Positions 10,466 through 23,982 are shown, counted from the first letter of the stretch. The stretch is 64,000 nucleotides of DNA from Octopus sinensis (GCF_006345805.1 NC_043000.1:57288001-57352000), one strand, 5' to 3'. Notes: generated by a model from the letters alone, not told the origin. Made by a program: numbers and translations.

Positions 10466-11621
10466 CTGGGAAAGTACAAAGGGAAAAAAAACATTTATTT
10501 GAAACAGTTGACACTTCTTTTGCCACAAAGGAAGTTCTGATTTTGAGACCCAGCTGAAACTGAAAATTTGGAGGGAATGAGGAGAGTTCATTTGCCAGAA
10601 ATGTAACAAACCAATCTAAAGATCTAGTTTTCAGTGATATGAAAGAATAAGTGATAATGAAGCAAACTGGAATGAGGTAACTAGCTGAGTAAAAATGCTA
10701 ATTGTTTGAGCCTCATTCTCAAGCCATGCAGTGTGCCTGGTAAAAGCAATTCTCAATGGACCAATATATTTTACTGCAATTCGATATCATGTTCATCACT
10801 GCAAAATGTAGGGAGAACTTAGTTGTTTAGCAGAATTAGATAAAAAAAATTACATATGGCTATAAACAAATATAATTTATAAAGGTGTACATAATTATTA
10901 TGAACTTAATTAACCTTTCCTAATTGTGGGTTGTAAGTTTGCTATGCTAAAATTATTTCATGTCTTTTCAGAACGGAAGTGAGAGTAAAATACTTTAGTA
11001 TGTCTTTCCTTTGATATTTGGTTTGCAAGATTCTTGACTCAACAAGATTTCCTTCAATAACTAAAAGGAAAAGAAGTGTTCATTGGTAATCCAACAAATA
11101 ATAAAACAGAGATGCAGCACGGATTTATGTCAGCGAACAGGTCGCGGATTTTAGCGACGAAAATATTTTGACAAATTAAACTTAAATGTTGAAGTGAATC
11201 AAACGGCTTTTGTGTGTTTCTTAAATGGCTTCCACGCTGCAATTGTTTTCGTTCCAGCACACGATCTCAGATCAAATCACTTGCTATGCGAGTACATCTC
11301 CAATAAAACTCACCCCATGATAAAAGACTTAGTAGTCTTGTAGTTTTAAAACCTGAACTCACTCAACATTTTCAAAATGTGATAAATTCTTTAAAAGTCT
11401 ATATAGGAATAAGTCAAGCAATGTTATTACAATAAGAAGCAATGACAGCTTTTAGTTTAGTGCTTCACAATGCCACCATAGTAAATATATGGAGATCATT
11501 CTATCTATGATTTATAATAGGATGGACATCAAACCATCAAAATAAATAAATAGGGTTTTGAATGATCAAAATATTTTAATCAAGTTTTTCTATCATTTCC
11601 AAAAAAGAAGTTAGAAATAAT

Positions 11622-12086
11622 TACACTGTGTAACAAATTTTTTTCTTCTATGTCTTTGGCCAGTAAGTTATTCTCTCTTAGCTTTTATCTAGAAATCAAA
11701 GGAAATGACTTCTATTTCCTTTAAACTTTGCTTTTGTGATCTGGACATCAATGTTTTGAAATGGACCTATTTTTCATTACATTTCAGACAGCTTCAGCAT
11801 TGAGATGCTGAAGCAGAAATATCATTAAGACGAATAATCTGCTCAACACCACAGATTTGCTTGACAGTTGCTTGAGTTTAACCACTTAAGCATGTCCCTC
11901 AATGGATGACATGAGATCTCTGATCATGAGCAGGAGTAGTAGGAGAGCATCATAGCCATGTGTTGAGAGGGATTCTTTGGTATTTGAATAAATGTAAGAA
12001 AAGCAAAGTTTTCATACTTCCTAGGAGTAAGCACATAGGAAATAACAGCTGCTACCCAAGGATAGAGATCATATTACACAGTGTTA
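11622..12086. mobile_element. ~465-bp non-autonomous inverted-repeat element (TIR ~TAACACTGTGTAA), copy 1
   Basis: tacactgtgtaac…attacacagtgtta; internal sequence shared with 23983-24452 and 61763-62422. Confidence 0.7.
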
Positions 12087-13226
12087 TAACAAAGACACTA
12101 ACATGTAGTCAGATAATTTTCATTTAAGAGATACTTAAGAACAATCAGTGGCATAAGACATTACAGTAAATGAACTTATTTTAAGAATTTTATTAACCCA
12201 TTTATTTATTTATTTATTTAATGAAGACATTAGTTAATTGAAACTAATTTTTTTAAAGTTTATACTAATTAGTATTATTCAATTCTTTAACTAGATAAAC
12301 AGATTAATATTACTTTTTTTATTCTGTCATTTTTAATAACAAAATCTTCTGTCACTCTTTTCATCTCAGTTGCATCTTAATTAATTTGCAAGTTGTGGGA
12401 TGGCAGCAATCGGACTGCCTTAGTCTATAGGCTTGGTTGATCAGGGTTGACCAGACAGGCTAAATGATATCAGGTCCTATATATATTTCAAGATATTAGT
12501 TTCTCAGTTATGAAGCATACTTTGTGACTGTGTAACTCCAGCTTTGACTCCACTGAGCTGCACTTGGGCAGATGTCTTGAGTTGATCAATATCATATGAG
12601 TGGAGTTTGGTTGAGGGAAACTACACAGAAGCTCATGATTGTATGTATGTATGTGTGTGTGTGCATGCGTGTAAATTTGAGGCATCAAACAAAAATACCT
12701 TGAGGTAATGAGATGCATCTCTTTATGGAAAAAAATAAATAAACTTAGTCAGTTGATAAACTGAGATTACTTTACCTGCTCTGCTCCCTATTCTCCTAGC
12801 ATAAAGTACTAAAATAAATACCAGGCTGAGCAAATATACTCAACTAAAAAAATAAAAAATTTAACTTCAACAGCCCAAGTATGGTTGCAACCCAATGATT
12901 GAAATCAGTCAGAGAATATCAACGATCGTTACTATAAGGAATGAGAAACACAAAGAATATAGTACATAAAAATGACTAAAATCATTATGAAAAAAAACAG
13001 AAAAAAAGTCATCCCAATATTACAAAAGCATTGCATTACTTACAATCTTGCCATATAGGATAATGACCATTTAGAGCTCTGTAACACTAAATGTATTTTC
13101 CTATCAATGGGAAAATAGGTTTCATGACATGGGCTTCAAGTTATAGCAAGGATTTTCAAGAATGCAATGCTTTTGTAACACAAAAGATGTTTTGTTAGAA
13201 GGGGAAAAAGAATACTTTTTACCTAC

Positions 13227-13569
13227 CAACAGTTTTTGTATTCTCTATAGATAAATCAACAAAGTCATTTTTGTGTTCCACAATGAACTTTAACTGGTAG
13301 GGAGAAACTGTCTGCTGAGAGTAGCCCATTTCAGAAAATGAATCAGATTTAAACAAGGCAGATGTAGATGTTGACGACAAGGAGTAAGACTTAGAGTAAC
13401 TGGTTTCATTATCATTATATGAAACATGGTAACCTGTTGGAGTGGTGTTTGTGGTAGAAGTGGCAGTAGCTATGGCGGAAGGGGTTGTTGTAACTATTGT
13501 TGTATCAAATGCAATTCTGTCTACAGATGGTGAACATACATCAGTGGGGATAGCACTTTGGACAGCTTC
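13227..13569 (-). CDS. FAF1: FAF1 coding exon 3 (EAVQSAIP, Ser/Thr-rich linker, then YQLKFIVEHKNDFVDLSIENTKTVG; start of UBL domain)
   Basis: 343 nt inside track ORF 13219-13575; atatgcag acceptor, G|gtaggt donor, phase 0-1. C-terminal part resembles human MLDFRVEYRDRNVDVVLEDTCTVG. Confidence 0.85.
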
Positions 13570-14994
13570 CTGCATATAAAAAAAGAAAACAATTAGTAAA
13601 TCTTATGGAAATAGAAAGTAGAACTCCTCTTTAAATCACTTAAGCAACATAAAACAAGTAGAATTTTATGCTTTGATCAAGAGTACAACATAATGGCTGA
13701 AGATCTGAATTTCTGACAAAGCCTCATGAGTAAATTTAGCAGATGGAAACTAAAAAGCCTATTGCACATGCATGCACACATTGTGTCCTTGTTTTGACAT
13801 CACATGATGGTTGAAAATGAACATTATCATCATACCAGCGATGTTATTCATTTCAAGTCTTCTGCAGAAAATGTCTGGCCATAGGAAATATTACCCTACT
13901 CGGAAACCAGAGGGGATTGGCAACAGGAAGGGCATCCTGCTGTAGAAAATCTGCCCCAACAAATTTCATTTGACCCATTCAAGCATAGAAAAGTGAACAT
14001 ATTATGATGATGGTGATGCACCTTTATCGCACAACCATTTTACAGTTTATAAGAGAACAGTAGAGCTGTAGAAAAAAACTGCTTGCCCTTAATTTTTATA
14101 GGAGTTTATGATGTGGTTTTCCACTTAGAAGTTGTAGAAGACAAAAAGTTTTCATATAGTTAAACAGACTGATGAAAGCAGGAGAGATACTATTGGTCAA
14201 TATAATATATACTGATATGTCCTTTATTTTTTTTGAAAATCTGTCCAATTGGCAGATAATTGGGTCAATATCATTTCATTCTTTCATGACCAAAGATAGC
14301 CATCAACTGGTAATCAACATTATTGACAAGTGAAACCTAACTCTTCTTCTGACCATGCCCATACAAATATTTGATCACGGCAGAGCAAGTTAATGAACCA
14401 CTCTTCAAATTTACACTGCTGCAACTTCTTACAGCATTAGATGCTTGTATTCTGCAGTGCCTATTTACAGATAGATTAACTCAGCATTTAATAGTTAAGT
14501 GCCTTGGCCACAGACAATGCAGTGCCAATAATAGAATGTAAACTGCAGACCTCTTGGATGATATTACTCTCTCAACTTAGTGATCCAAACTCTCTACTAG
14601 TGCATATGAGAACAAAATGGCCACCTGTAGAAACTGTAGATGTGAGAAACAACTTCCTAACACAGAATTCAATGATAAGAGACACAAATTTATTTGAAAT
14701 TAGAAATTCTAATATAAATTAGGATTTATAATTATACTGCTGTTATTACTATTTGTTACTCCATGCAAGAATGCAGATCAATACAGTTGATTGACTGGGT
14801 TTTTTTTTATTGATTACAGATATCTATCAATGCTGATCAGCACAACAGACTGGGGTGTGGAGAAGGTGGTACTGGAAGTGAAGTCAGTTATTTCAATCCA
14901 ATACTCAATTAGTATTTTATTTTATCAACTCTAGAACTACATCAAGGTTAACATCAGTAGAATTTTAACTCAAACCGCAAAAGGTGCTGATTAA

Positions 14995-15209
14995 GCCATT
15001 AGCATTTAAACTGGCAATATCCAACCCCAAATTTTCAACCTGTTTTATGTTCAAACTAGCCAGATCTGGCCTCTCACACATATCCAACAATGTCATTCAA
15101 AAAATAATCACATCATCGAAATCTCAAGACTACAAGATAACACATGATTAATTCAAATTAATGTGAATGAACATGTATTATATTTGACAGTAATCTGAAT
15201 GCTAAAGGA
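14995..15209. mobile_element. Same piggyBac-type MITE family, uninterrupted copy (partial copies at ~3365-3496 and ~4189-4322)
   Basis: TTAA at 14991 and 15210; internal sequence matches the 519-1099 element. Confidence 0.75.
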
Positions 15210-16406
15210 TTAATACTATAAGTCATTTTGTCTGCTGCTACAATAATAATGATGATGACAATGCACTACCTTTTGTAATAATACTGTTTCAAAAGAAATA
15301 TATTTAGGTTCCTTGAATAAATTTTAGTTAACTACACTTAAAAATTATATTCTTGGCATGAAATTAAGTGTGAAGCCCTAAGGGATACTTTATATTATAG
15401 AAGCACATAAAGTGTTTATTCTCCAAGGCAAGTCTCATTCACAACATCAAAAATATATATATGGAATGGGCACAGGTATGGCTATGTGGCCAAGTTAGTT
15501 TCACAACCACACTGTTCTGGGATTGAACCTAAGTGTAGAAAGGTCAACTGAAACATTTTGAATGAAATTTCTTTCAGATGTAAATACAAAGGTGATAGAA
15601 TCAGTGCATCAAGGTAAGCCAGACACTTAGTAGTATTTGGCTTTGTTTCTTTATACTCAAGTTAACTTTGCCCAGGGACAATATAAATTAGCTAAAACTC
15701 TTGGAAATACTCATACAAATCAGTAGAAGAAAAATATATTACATCGGCTATCAAGAAAACATGTCTAAACTTGTGTAGCATTTTCATGTTTGTGATTGTT
15801 CTGAAGAAACATGAAGCTTAATATATATATTTTGTTGCTATTGTTTAACCATAAGTCAGTTGTGATCAAGTACACCTATGATCAAAGACATCCCATTGGT
15901 GACCATCTTATCTTATTTCCAGATAATGTAGGTGAGACCCTATTATCTAATAGGTCTACTTCAAGACAATAACTTGAGCAATATATTTTAAAATACATTG
16001 GTGACCATGTGTGTTTTCTTATTGCAACAAGAGAAACAGCTAAGGCACTAGCAATAGCTAAGCATATGCATTCAGGCAAGGTTATTTGGTTAAGAAATTT
16101 GCTTTGTTAATATATTACTTTGGGTTTGACTGTATTGTGCATTACCTTGGGCAAGTTTCTTCTACCATAACTTTGGATTGACCAAAGTCTTGTACATGAA
16201 ATTTGGTAAACAAAACTCAGTAGCAGTCCATTCTATGTGTGTGTGTGAGCCCATGCACATATTGGTATGAGATAGAAGAATCTCTGTTCATTATTTCATC
16301 AAAATAAAAAAAAATTTGACCACACAGTCAAAAATACTTTATGGTGCTCTCTGCTGCTCCAATTATGTCCCCTTACACCCAATCAACTTTAAGTACCAAA
16401 GTTTAA

Positions 16407-17612
16407 CCTTTTCGTTACCAAACCGCCCAAAGCCACCCGAAAAAAATTTTGGTTAATGTGACCAAACCGCCCAAACCCGCCCGTATTTACCTATTCATAT
16501 TTAAATGAGAATATCAGAGCAAATCTCTTTAGTACATTCGTGAAAACACGTATTATACTTCGTAAACCGTCCATCTACAGTTTTGTACAACAATCGAAGT
16601 GTAATTTTAATTCCGTGAATTTTGGGAGATTTTTTTCCGAAATTTGTTCCTATTGTGTTTTCAAAATTTGTAATTCTGACAAAAAATGGATACGAATTTC
16701 ATTATATCAAGCAGCGAGTCAGAATTCGAAGGATTTTCTACTGAAGACCTTCATAAATCTAACTCTATGACTGAAAAAAAAAAGCACGTGGTATTTGATA
16801 ATGAATCTGATGTTTCATTTTCCGACAGCGATAAAGAAAATGAATTGGCACCTGAATGGAGTGAAAATTTAAAAACTGTTTCTTTCGGTGATTTTTCTGA
16901 AGAAACTGGACCAAGCCACAGACTTTCCCAGGAGAGTAAAGCCTTAGACTATTTCTTTTTACTTTTTCGAATGAGCCTATTTGAAATCATTACGGCGGAA
17001 ACGAACCGTTACGCTAAATGTAAACAAAGCGAAAGAAAGGATAGTTAGTGGTTTCCCACAACCTTAAATGAAATTAAGACTATTTTGCCATCATCATCAT
17101 CATCGTCGTCGTTTAACGTCCGTTCTCCATGCTAGCATGGGTTGGACGGTTCGACCGGGGTTCTGGGAAGCCAGAAGGCTGCACCAGGCTCCAGTCTAAT
17201 TTGGCAATGTTTCTACAGCTGGATGCCCTTCCTAACGCCATAAATATTATTATGGGTATCAGAAAGTTACCCAGAATAACAAATTCTATCGTAAAATTTT
17301 GTTGTATACCCAATTGAATATTAGCTAATAACCCATTTTCTATAGCGATGTTTGAACAAAATTTTAATAATTTTATATTTTGTTGAATTTACTTGTATCT
17401 ACCTGCAATTAGAGTCACTTTGTGACAAAAATTATAGTATAGAATTGGTTGAGAATATTTCATTAAATTATCTTCCAAAAATCACATTAATATATTGATA
17501 AATAAAAAAGTTATAGTTGTTTAATGAAACCAGACTAAATTTATGATTATGTTAGAAATTAATTGAAACACATAAGGGGTGTATTTTGGTCAGAAATATA
17601 GTAACGAAAGAG
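16407..17612 (+). mobile_element. Internally deleted piggyBac transposon with N-terminal transposase remnant (PGBD4-like)
   Basis: TTAA TSDs, 12-bp TIRs. ORF 16686-17048 has SESEFEGF…FSEETGP…LDYFFLLF…IITAETNRYA, then *WFPTTLNEIK and, after the SINE, INIIMGIRKLPRI. Confidence 0.88.
17092..17241 (-). mobile_element. 5'-truncated family A retroposon inserted in the piggyBac transposase
   Basis: GCCAT at both junctions (17087-17091, 17237-17241). Confidence 0.85.
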
Positions 17613-18003
17613 TTAAGGGCTGTGCCGCAATATGGTTGTAGCCAAAGAATAAACCAGAAAGTTTATTCATTGATATTTATAATCCACTTCAGTACTTTAC
17701 ATCCAATCTGACATGTTTGCACGAGCGGAATATTTTTATTCTGTTGTGATCATTGTTACTAATTACTTAATGAAATAGATTTGTTTCCTTTCCTTTTTTT
17801 TCTTTCTTTTTCTCAAGAACTGAAGCAAGCCGAATTATGTATAATACTCAGGGAACATCACCACAAAAGCTGAAGTAAGATTTGGACTTATGATCATATG
17901 GTTTGCAGCCATTCATCTTAACCTCACAGCTATTATGCTTCATAAGCCCTTTATTGAATGTTTAAGTTTTGTATTAATTAAAAATTGATAAATATTAACA
18001 TAC

Positions 18004-18072
18004 ATCTAAGTTCCAGCTGTGTTGTTCCAAAGTGTCAATACAGATTTGAATATCTTCTATCCTGGTTATTTC
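18004..18072 (-). CDS. FAF1: FAF1 coding exon 2 (EITRIEDIQICIDTLEQHSWNLD; UBA domain)
   Basis: 69 nt, ttttgcag acceptor and gtatgt donor, phase 0-0. Similar to human ACTGIENIDEAITLLEQNNWDLV. Confidence 0.88.
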
Positions 18073-18149
18073 CTGCAAAATATAAGAGAGAATCAGTAAA
18101 TATGAGAAAATGTTAAATATTGATGTTATTTTACCAACAAACATTCTTT

Positions 18150-18662
18150 ATTACATGGAAAAATGCGAGCATGAAAAGTCATATTCTTAAGATTATAAAC
18201 ATGTAAAAGTACAGGACAAGTTATTACACCTGTAAAAGTATAGGACAAGCTATTACTTCTAGTAAAGTAAAGAATAAGAAACTTTTTACTTAACATATTG
18301 CAGCAAAGAATGCCAGTTCTTCTAATTTATCACTCTTTACAGTTCTCATCTTTTAAATTTATTGTACAAAACTTTGCAGCTAATTTGTAAGTTTGTCAAA
18401 TTAGTCACTTTTTTCTGTATTTAATGTAGTAAATTAGCCAAATTCTACTTAAGTATAGTGTTATTTGTAAACTATAATAAAATAAGTTTTAATTGTTCAA
18501 ATTTTAATTTTAGCTGCAATATTTTAAGTAAAAAGTTACTTATTCTTTACTTACTAGAATAGCTTGTCCTATACTTTTACAGGTGTAATAACTTGTCCTG
18601 TACTTTTCCATGTTTATAATCTTAAGAATATGACTTTTCATGCTCACAGTTTTCCATGTAAT
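18150..18662. mobile_element. Foldback/MITE-like element with ~150-bp inverted arms
   Basis: 18150-18304 is the reverse complement of 18513-18662; each arm has an internal ~28-bp tandem repeat. Confidence 0.8.
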
Positions 18663-20551
18663 CCATGATTTTTCCAGGCATTGCTGTTTTAAGATAATTA
18701 ATAATGTGTCAATAATTTAAGATTTTACCTTATAAGCTATTGAAAGATAATATTTCAATTTTTTTCGTGTTTAATTTAAATATATGTTATGATTGAATTA
18801 TTTGATATTACCCATCCACACCAAATTAATGGCAAGAATTTTTACCATGTTGTTGATTGCACCATGGATCACCAAAAGTTACAAACAACAAGACTCAAAA
18901 CCATTAGTAACCAGGCTCACCTTAAGTAACCTAATTTTGCAATATTAAGAGGTCATAGAAATTCATTCAAAGAAAAGAAAAAAATTTCCAATGATTCCGG
19001 GATTGGATGGGGGGAACCTCACCTCATTATTTCCAAACCAAAAATAAGGGATTTGCAGCATATTAGGAGGTTAGAGTACTGGATTCCATGCAAAAAATCA
19101 ATTTTGTATTTTTCTTAGTGAAAATTGTGCAGGTGTTAATATAGAAATTGACCATAATTTTGTAATTTAGCCTCAAATAAACCCTGATACTGCAAACATA
19201 TCATCATAGACATTCCAGCCTTCAGCAAACCATATTTTTAGGGATAATTTAGGACATTACATACAATGGGCGTGTGATTTAGGAAGGGGAATACTTTGGC
19301 TGCTATTTTTAGCATGTCAAGCGACCAGGTAGAGGCACTTGCATTGGTTCGATTGTGTGATGAGATTTTTTTTTACACATATAGGTAATATGTAGATATA
19401 TCATTGGCAGAAGATAGAAGTAAGTCAAATGCTGAGAGTTTCGTGTATTGGCACTCATCAAAAACGAATTTGTCCAGTGTCACTCTGTAACTTCTGATGG
19501 ATAACTTCTAAAATACGAAATTGTCAAAAACGTTAAGAGTAAACCCCGTTCTATGTGACACATTCTACCAGTATCGGAAGTTTGGAAGTGTTTAGTTAAA
19601 AAAAATTAATTAAATAATCTTGTACGTCTAATTGAATAAATCCGAAATGGATGAAAGGCAAAGTTGACCTCGGCAGGATTTGAACTCAGAACATAAAGAC
19701 AGATGAAATACTGCTTCTAAAATACAAAATACCAGTATCAGAAGTTTGAAAGTGTTCAGTTAAAGAAAAGACGTCGGCAAAATTTGAACTCAAAAACATT
19801 AAGACAAACAAAATACCATTAAGCATTTTACCTGGTGCGCTAATGTTCTGCTAGCTCACTGCCTTAGAAAGTAAACATTCATTTTAGAAATGTATTTTTT
19901 ATTCTCATTGCTGAAGCATTACTCCCTTAGTGACATGAAATCTCGTAACATTTTACTTCATAACTCTTTTTCTACTAATTTTTGTTCAATGTGACTAACA
20001 ATTCTGAATTCCTCATGCATTTTTCTATCATTTAAGCCTAAGAAAGGTATACTTTTAATTTAAAATTGAAAAATTATGTTAATTGAAACTGAATATCTGC
20101 CTTACTGCACCCCCTTGAGGTTGCAGATATTTTGATGTAACTTTTTTTTCTACTGAACCAAATCTCAAACTATTTATGCCAAAGTGTAGCTGAGGAGGTG
20201 TCCTCTTTAAAACTATTAACAATTTGCAATTTAGTTTAGAACTGAATTAGTGGTGAAGCTTGGAAGCTGCCATAATTGATGAAATGGTGGACTTAAGAAT
20301 ATATTCAACCACTGCCGTGGTTGAATGATATTTAAAGTATAAAGGTTGCAATAACTGAAAGTTAAAAAATACATATATTCAATAAAATATAATTTGTGGG
20401 AGATTTGAAGTGGCAGTTATAATCAAGTCAATTTTACTCAATATATAACTGATACAAAAAAGTGCCAATTCTAATGATCCCCGATGAATTTAGAATGATA
20501 AAGGTACTTGGGTCACCTTTAATTTCTGCTACATCAACATTAACTCTTTAA

Positions 20552-20950
20552 CTCCTTACCCAACAATTATTTTGAAAATAAATGTATTGTTTCAGACATA
20601 TTTTTTAATTGTTTTATTTTACTATGTTTTGAATGGGGATTTCGAGGTATATTTCAAACCTTATTTATTATTCATAAAATGTGCCTTCCAACCCTTCGAC
20701 TGTCTCCAGGTGACTAAATCATAATCGGTCTTCAATGCCTTACTCAAGCGAAAGGTGGCAGAAATCGTCACTGCCAGATGTATAAAGTGAGCGAATATAC
20801 TCGTATATGTCAAAAAAGAGTTTATAATAGACAAAGGAACTCGTTTGCTGTCAATTTTGGCGAGTCTATCTTTTGACGAGTTAACTCGCCAGAGATAGAA
20901 AAAAACGATTTCGGTCAAAACGCATATATTCGTTTCTGCCGGGTAAGGGG
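20552..20950. mobile_element. piggyBac-type element, second TIR family (CYCCTTACCC), TTAA TSD
   Basis: TTAA-CTCCTTACCC…GGGTAAGGGG-TTAA; CpG-rich interior. Confidence 0.75.
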
Positions 20951-21149
20951 TTAACATTAAAACCAGCTAAATCTTGTTAAAATGTTGTCATTGAAGGTAA
21001 AAACAATTATTAAATCATATAGAAAGTCTGTTTTCCTTTGTTACAGTAAGTTGTTATTCCTATCACAAACTGCCCAAAGTATTAAACTTTAAAACAGATG
21101 GATAGATAAAAGGTCACCAGTATAAAAGTTTAATTTCACATATTTGTTT

Positions 21150-21395
21150 AAGGCAGCAGGCTGGCAGAATTGTTAGCATGCCAGGCAAAACACTTAATGA
21201 CATTCCATCTGTCTTTATGTTCTGTGTTCAAATTCTGTCTTTAAGTACTGCATTCAAATTCTGCTGGGGTCAACTTTGCCTTTTATCCTTTTGGGACCGG
21301 TAAAATAAGTACTAGTTGTGTACTGGGGGCCGATATAATCAACTTACCCCTCCCCTGAACTTGCTGGTCTTGCGCCAAAATTTGAAACCAATTTT
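21150..21395 (+). mobile_element. SINE family C (gagctggcagaatcgttagc…ctttcatcctttcggggtc…). Other copies ~14830-14990(-), 19640-19870(-), 24900-25050(-), 29075-29200(-), 38345-38530(-), 46490-46910(+, two), 60600-60815(-), 62490-62705(-)
   Basis: Recurring head and body motifs across all listed loci. Confidence 0.7.
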
Positions 21396-22714
21396 AAATA
21401 TTTGTTTGTTGTAGACAAACAAATGAGTGTGCCACAACTTCTTGCTAAACAACCTGCACAGATGTTTTGTTTATAGAGATCAAATGTTGGTGCGACACAT
21501 TAGCTCACTCTCTCCATCAAAGTGACATTGTCGGTACAGGTGCACAATGTGCCACATGTCAAAGTGATGGCAGGGCAACATGAAACGGAGTGTTTTGCTC
21601 AAGAACACAACACAACGCAGTCCAGGAATGAAGACTATGATCTAACAATCATGAATGTCTCACTCTAAACATTAGGCTACATGCCTTCAAATATAGTATT
21701 TGTTTCTCAACAATTTATGCATTGTATTTATTTATTTATTTTTTGGCAACAACTTGACCTTGACCTTATACCCGACTCGAACTCAACTTATTCCACCTGT
21801 ATTCTAATATGGTGCCCAATTCGACACTACCACCTGGACCTTGGGTGACTTATGTGGAGTACACACTGTTGCAAGCATTTGGACTAGGATCTCTGGTCTG
21901 AAAGTGACTTATCCTTACCAGCCTTGAAGATTTGAAAAGAGCTATGGGCACTGCCAATCCTCTTTTGACTAAATCATTAAAGACAAAAAGTATATATAAA
22001 TAAAAATAAAAAAGCACCACAAACTTTACCATTATATCATATACAGCCATATGTTTGTACACATATCACAATTATATAATTCACAAATGAAATCCTTTTA
22101 TTATTGATACACTTTAAAAACATTAGGGAACATGCAATTTCCTGTAATTCAGACCACCTCAAGGTCCCAGCAGACAAAATAGAAAAGGGGCTGCCCTAGA
22201 GAATGGCAAGGGAGATGTGCTGGAAAAGCCACTCTTGACTCATGAGGCTAGTGACAGGATGGTCATCCAACCATAAAAAAAGTGCCTTAGCCTATGCTAC
22301 TATGTAAAAACAAATAATGAACAAACAAGTGAAAATGAACATCAGTGAGTGAGAGACCATTAGAAGAAGTGCTGTATATCCTTTGACAATGTGTAGATAT
22401 TCAAAATTAATTCCAGTCTTAGTTTTGTTATCTTCATTACCACATTCGTTTTCCTTGACCTATTTCAGTTATCCTCTGCTGCAACCAGATGAAAACACTT
22501 AAAACACTTTCTACTTAGTTATTGTTTCTTCTTAGCATCTATCTATAAAGTCTGTTTTCTAGATCTTGGCAGGTTAAATTTACTAACACTTGCACACAAG
22601 ACATCAGATGAATCATATTTCATTTCATTTTTATTGGTTTGGATGAAATGATAATAACAATAATGAAATTATTGTATACAGTGCTCAGGTGCACCACAAC
22701 TTGTATCCATTGAT

Positions 22715-23040
22715 TTCACAAGTCCTCCCATACTGCTAAGTTCAACAGAGTTAATGTTACCTTTGAATAGTTGCAAGGTGACAATTGCAAAAAAAAGAAG
22801 AGCAAGCAGAGGATTCCAAAAGATGACATTGAAGAGAAGTACTGGGTGAAATGGTTAGTGAGGAGACCAGGGTGGGGTGGGATATAAATAACAAGAGGAG
22901 GAAAGGCAAAAGAAAATTTGAGTGGAGTAAGTATGAAGAGCAAAGATCTCTGTACTAGCTGTAGAAAAGACCAGATTTGGGGCAAGTCAAGCCAATCAAT
23001 CAGTTCTTTTCTACATACTGATTTCATCACCCCCAGTTCT
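22715..23040 (-). mobile_element. Degenerate CR1/Jockey-group LINE ORF2 C-terminal fragment
   Basis: Across frames: TQYFSS…FWNPL…LQLFKGNIN, resembling SFxPxTxxLWNxLP…NLxxFKxxIN. Confidence 0.45.
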
Positions 23041-23982
23041 TCAAACCTGTCATCTGCCTCCTTAACTCAAAATTCAGTTAAATAGTGTTGAACTTCTGAC
23101 ATTTACAACATGCTTTTATCAACTGAGAGAGAATCCTTTTTAGAAATAGCTTCACTTCTCTCTTATGGATTACAACCATTGCAATATCAGTGGTCCTTAA
23201 ATGCCAACTTTTATTAGCTCGCCTAGATAAGTAACAATTCCTATCAATTAGATTCAAAGAACTATTACACTCATTAACAGATTTTAAAATATTAACTAAA
23301 TTTTAAAACATTAACTTTTTGATACATTTCTATATAGAATTAACAGCCCTTAAAAGTTATTTATCCAAAGCTAATAAATCTATTTGTACGCCACCAAATA
23401 ATGTGTGATCTTGTCAGCTCTGTTCAAGCAGACCTATGATTAAAAGCAATCCAGCCATGCTCATTCCATCCCTCCTTTTCTCTGTACCCAAGACTACCTT
23501 ATCCAAAGTGTCCAATCTCTTAAATCAAGAGGCTGCGATGTGACTTAGTTGCTATTTCTAACAAGTCAAGCAACCATGTAGAGGTCCCTTTATTAGCTCA
23601 GTCTAAATGTTCAGCTACATTAGACAAGATATCTAAGTAAATTGCTATTCATTTGTCACTCTTGCAAATGTACAACTTCGAAACAAGAATAACAAATCTA
23701 AGGGTTGATGAAGCAACAGTTGGTTTACAACAGCTACTGGAAGAGATAACTGGAAAGTAATACTTAAAAAAAAAAAAAAAAAAAAAAAAAAGATACAGAA
23801 CTTCAAAATGTCTAGGGAAAACAAATCTGCTTGGAGCCTGGATACCCAGCTTCTAATCCTGAATTTTTCCTACTGATATATTTTGATGCAGAGTGAGTGA
23901 GCTTTCACAAGCACAAAGCAGTAAACTACTATCCAGAGGCTTACTCATTCCTCCTGTTGAATTGTATAAAGAAAGTTTAACA

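Noticed and set aside
19569-19830. Local duplication of a 35-bp flank and part of a family C SINE
   Set aside because: Real but small; most simply an integration or repair artefact with no evident function.
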